Shown piece after piece: positions 60,319 through 64,000 of a stretch of 64,000 nucleotides of DNA (positions are counted from its first letter, which is position 1; the number at the start of each line of letters is the position of its first letter). The notes beneath the pieces are model-generated. The model ran no database searches. It was given only the letters and a program-made list of their open reading frames with translations, and was not told where the DNA came from. The DNA lies in assembly GCA_010405405.1 (NCBI GenBank), contig MU004231.1:546153-610152 (forward strand), written 5' to 3'. The position numbers and the translations under genes were made by a program. This DNA comes from Microthyrium microscopicum. Lineage: Eukaryota.

Positions 60319-63300
60319 TTCCGACATGTAAGTACCGCTCGAAACGGCGGTTGGAATGGCTACTAATGGACATCAGACATCAATTTCTTCATTCCGACCC
60401 ATCCGTAAGTTGTCACCCGTCAAGCCAATGGGAATTACTGCTAACAGTAAACAGACATCAACATCTCTTCTCTTTTCAGCAGCATTCGATACCCCTATAG
60501 TTTTATTTATTTTGTACAATTAATGTACCCAGGATGGACTTATCCTCCTGCTGTTTCTGTACTTTCCTTCTCTACTACTTTTTTGGACTGTTTGTGATTA
60601 CATCTTTCTGTTCTTTGTGTTTGCTTCATATCAAAGGAGAAGATCGGACTACAAGGAAAGTTACGTACCCCATTTACTTCTGTTATTTGCAACTGCTAAC
60701 TGCATATTCGGTAGCGGCGCCAACCGCGCAACGGTCGCCTTGCTGGCAGTCGCAGCTTCGGGAATTGGCAATTCGGTATCTCAAAATCAAGCACTTCCAG
60801 AGCATCACTCCATACGATGGCGCTTCAAATGGTAAGCTTCGCATGATAGTTTTCAACTCTTTATGACTTGAAAGCTAACATTGACTCAACCTCAAATTGA
60901 AGCGCTTTCGAAGAAAATCTCACTCGGTCAGCCAGTCAACCCTTGGATGATTTGTCGCGCATCAATGCAAAGGTCTTCGTTATGTCCTTTCAGCTTCAGA
61001 ATTTGGCTATTCAACAAAATCTCGCCGCTAAAGCATGAAAATACGTTGCTGCGCGGAATATAACTGGCACTGGGGGAACATGACAAGAAAAATATCTCCT
61101 CGACCAGCAATTTCAGACTGTCCCTCACCGCCATTTGACACAAAACCAACAGCTTGCCATGTAATTCGGCTCCGCTTACACTGAGGAACCTTTGAAAACA
61201 CCTGCAGCGTGTGCCGTGGTGCGTAATCGAAGAAGTGATGGCACAATCCAGGGATTCGAAAAAGTACTCCTTCCCACTCCCATCACAACTCACCGTGCAG
61301 AATCAAAAGCATCATATCCCACTGTCAGATGGCTTTGACTCTTGTTGCATAAGATTTGAAGCCTCGGTGCTGTTAATGACAGCGCATCCTACGTTCAGAA
61401 ATCGATCCAATGTCACAGCGAGCAGCAACCGCCTACAAAGACCGGACCTCATCGCATTCATACGAGCAAACATTATTTCCTCCATCAAACAAGATATTAT
61501 GCAGAGACAAAAAAGAGCTGGGATATTTCATGCTACTGCTGAGCAGCGTTGAGGTGGTCGTTGGTGATGCACGGTACTCTACCTGCAGCCTCCACGTGCC
61601 CCTTTTCCGGTCTATTTGTTACCCCTGAACGTGCATTGGTACCGTTTTCTCCAACTACAACTCTACTTTTGCAGTGGCTGATGAAATTTTCAAGAGAATT
61701 ACAAGACAATTCTATTCGTTGCAAACTCTCAGGATTCATCGTTCTGGATCTTCTTGTCAAAATGGCAGCATTTTGCCCCTGAACAGCAGCGTGGACACTG
61801 ATCCGCTGGATCATACACCAAAATCTGGCCTCCGATAACCGCTCACGAAGATCAAGTGGTCAAAATAGTTCCTCCTTTTTTTCTACAATTTACGAGTATG
61901 TAATTGTATAGGAGACCTTATTGGAAGTCGAAAGAACATAATTCAAGAGCATGGGAGCCCACGATTTCGAAATTGGATGGATTTGGCAAATTGGGCGTGT
62001 ACTATATGTACAAAAGTTCTGAAATTTCAGCTTAACTTTGCGGCCCATGCAACAAGAATTTCTTCGGATTTTCAAACGCGACCTAACCCTTCTTGATGTC
62101 TCTGATTCGGCGAACCCCCACGGCGATCAGGAAGGACGTAAGAACTACCTATCTAAGAAGACTGCGGTCTGGCTGGGATGGCTGTTGCTTCATCTGACTG
62201 TTTTCTAGCAGTTGGCCGTTGCTAAAGCCTAGAGTTGCATGGGGAGGGCGCTCCGCAGGGTCAAATTTTGGAACCAGCAGTGACTAGCATAGCTTTCACA
62301 GCAAAAACACTTTACACTTTTTTTTTGCTAGCTATTGGTTCAATCCTGGATGGCGACAGAAGTTTGCGGCCCCTTTTTTTGCGTAAAGGAGAGGGAGATG
62401 CTCTTTTGCTACGATGGAAGAGGAGGTGTCTATATCATACATTCTCTTGGTGGAGGAGTTGTGTATTGATGGCGCTGACAAATGACTGAGTGGAGCGTAT
62501 AGTTCCCCATCAATTGGAAGGTCAACAGATCGATTCCTAGCAAGGGCTGAAAGTCAAGAAATTCCTTTTTTTACGCTGAAAAGGGTATCAGGATGCTCTC
62601 TGGCCAAAAACGACGACGATGGATTTTTTGAAGACGATATCTTGGTGAAAGAGTTGTTTTCAGAGGATAGGGTCGGCGGTGATGCTTCATTGAGGCAGTT
62701 TGGTGGAGTTCGCTGTGCCCCTGAGCTTCCGGCGGTTTCATTGAGAGCAACGGAGCAGAAAGAATTGTTCGGATTTTGCATTTCCAGAGCAGGGAGATAT
62801 AGGCTGGAGAAGATCTAAGTCCAGGGACTTTTCGCAACTCTATTCTACGAGGAGCACTGGTATGGATGTACGATAAGGCTGACCGAGTTCTGCTCCGTGG
62901 TATCATGAAACTATACCAGCAGCAGTCACGAATGGTATAGTATCAAGGCTTGGATCTTTGGCAGAAGCTTCAAAACCACTGGAACACTGTATCCATAAGC
63001 AATTGGGCATCTTGGAATTTGGTTTATCTGACATATGTCGGAATTGAACATACCATCATACAATCGGTAAACCACTACACGATCAACGCGATTCTAGAGG
63101 CACATTCGGTAAGAGGCAAAAACATACTGAAAGGTTTCTTTTGTTGACTTCTACAGTACTGAGGCATTTATGTTTCATGTCCAGAAGCATTTGGTGTGGC
63201 ATTCAATTGGATTTTATACGGAGAACTTGCCTTGTTCTCTCGAGCGGAAGAGTCTCCAAAAGCCGCAGAGCTCATGGTGTTTTGGCCGACACACCCCCCG

Positions 63301-63709
63301 AAAACACGCTCCACCACCATTAAATAAATATTCGAAACGATGAGGCCCCTATAATGCCTCTTGTGAGTCTCCGAAAAATACTTTTAGAAAGTGCAGCATC
63401 TTGTGTGGGTGCTGGTGGCTCAAAAGCAGACGGTGATGCCCATTTTCGAGCACTTTTGCGCTATCACCAAAAGCTTTACGGCACCACTCCCAGCACTTAT
63501 GCCTCACAACACAACTGTTTCCTGCTGAAATACTGTAGATACTACGGCAGTCAGTTGTCTAATAGCCGCTACAAAATTTTCATTACATACATTGCCAACA
63601 TACATCCAGGAAACACACGCAGCCCAACAGCAATTCCACGAACACCAAACAAGGACTCTGGAATTGCACTATATGATTCAAAGTTTGGAATTTCTCTTCA
63701 AAATGTTCA

Positions 63710-63895
63710 GGCGGGTTAGCTCAGTTGGTAGAGCATGGCACCATTAGCGCGTTTGTTGGGTGGGTATATATCCCGGTAATATGTTTTAGCAGTATTGTCA
63801 TACAGTATTGTTATACATGTTACCCGTCGAATAATACATGTTGGATAATCGCGATGGGACTGCTAGGGTCAGGAGTTCAAACCTCTTACCCGCCA
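63710..63895 (+). tRNA. atypical intron-containing tRNA(-like) gene, nominal anticodon ATT (Asn), 113-nt intron 63747-63859
   Basis: Acceptor GGCGGGT/ACCCGCC plus A73; D arm GCTC-AGTTGGTA-GAGC; anticodon stem TGGCA/TGCTA; T arm AGGAG-TTCAAAC-CTCTT; A and B boxes intact. Confidence 0.85.
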
Positions 63896-63900
63896 AATTC

Positions 63901-63907
63901 TTTTTTT
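63901..63907 (+). terminator. RNA polymerase III terminator
   Basis: T7 run beginning 6 nt after the tRNA discriminator base. Confidence 0.8.
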
Positions 63908-64000
63908 GCTGGTGGTTGGTGTGGTATCGTGCCTTTTTTGGGCTCGTTGGATAGCTGTGGCCTCGAATTGGTACAGCATGATTTTTTGGAGACGATCGAG

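Noticed and set aside
63741..63746. Reading the tRNA as Met (CAT)
   Set aside because: Stem pairing TGGCA/TGCTA and the C32-intron(-3) pair fix CAT at positions 33-35, not 34-36, and there is no initiator A1-U72 pair.
1..64000. CRISPR array, rRNA or prokaryotic operon-type system
   Set aside because: Eukaryotic intron-containing DNA; no repeat-spacer array or rRNA sequence was seen.

Overview
Gene-dense nuclear DNA from a filamentous ascomycete (Pezizomycotina-type short GT..CTAAC..AG introns and a RIP-like mutation signature). About 25 protein-coding loci are supported. Housekeeping genes include a 2OG-Fe(II) oxygenase, a DHA1 MFS transporter, KES1/OSH4, a PTS1-bearing acyl-CoA ligase, an AVT2-like transporter, SEC63, an amidase, an Hva1/Tudor protein and NHP6. 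There are several secreted proteins and a HET-domain gene broken by a single-base frameshift. An accessory block at about 33-51 kb holds two tandem DUF3445 paralogues, a RIP-inactivated Tc1/mariner transposon, an intronless bacterial-type ketopantoate reductase (HGT candidate), and four tandem F-box-like genes with a shared C-terminal domain I do not recognise (one copy pseudogenised). Non-coding highlights are a structurally intact but atypical tRNA-like gene (C33, ATT anticodon, 113-nt intron whose pairing matches the odd loop) at the right end, and a candidate H/ACA snoRNA in a long intron at the left end. All gene models and family calls come from manual reading and motif recall; no database searches were run.
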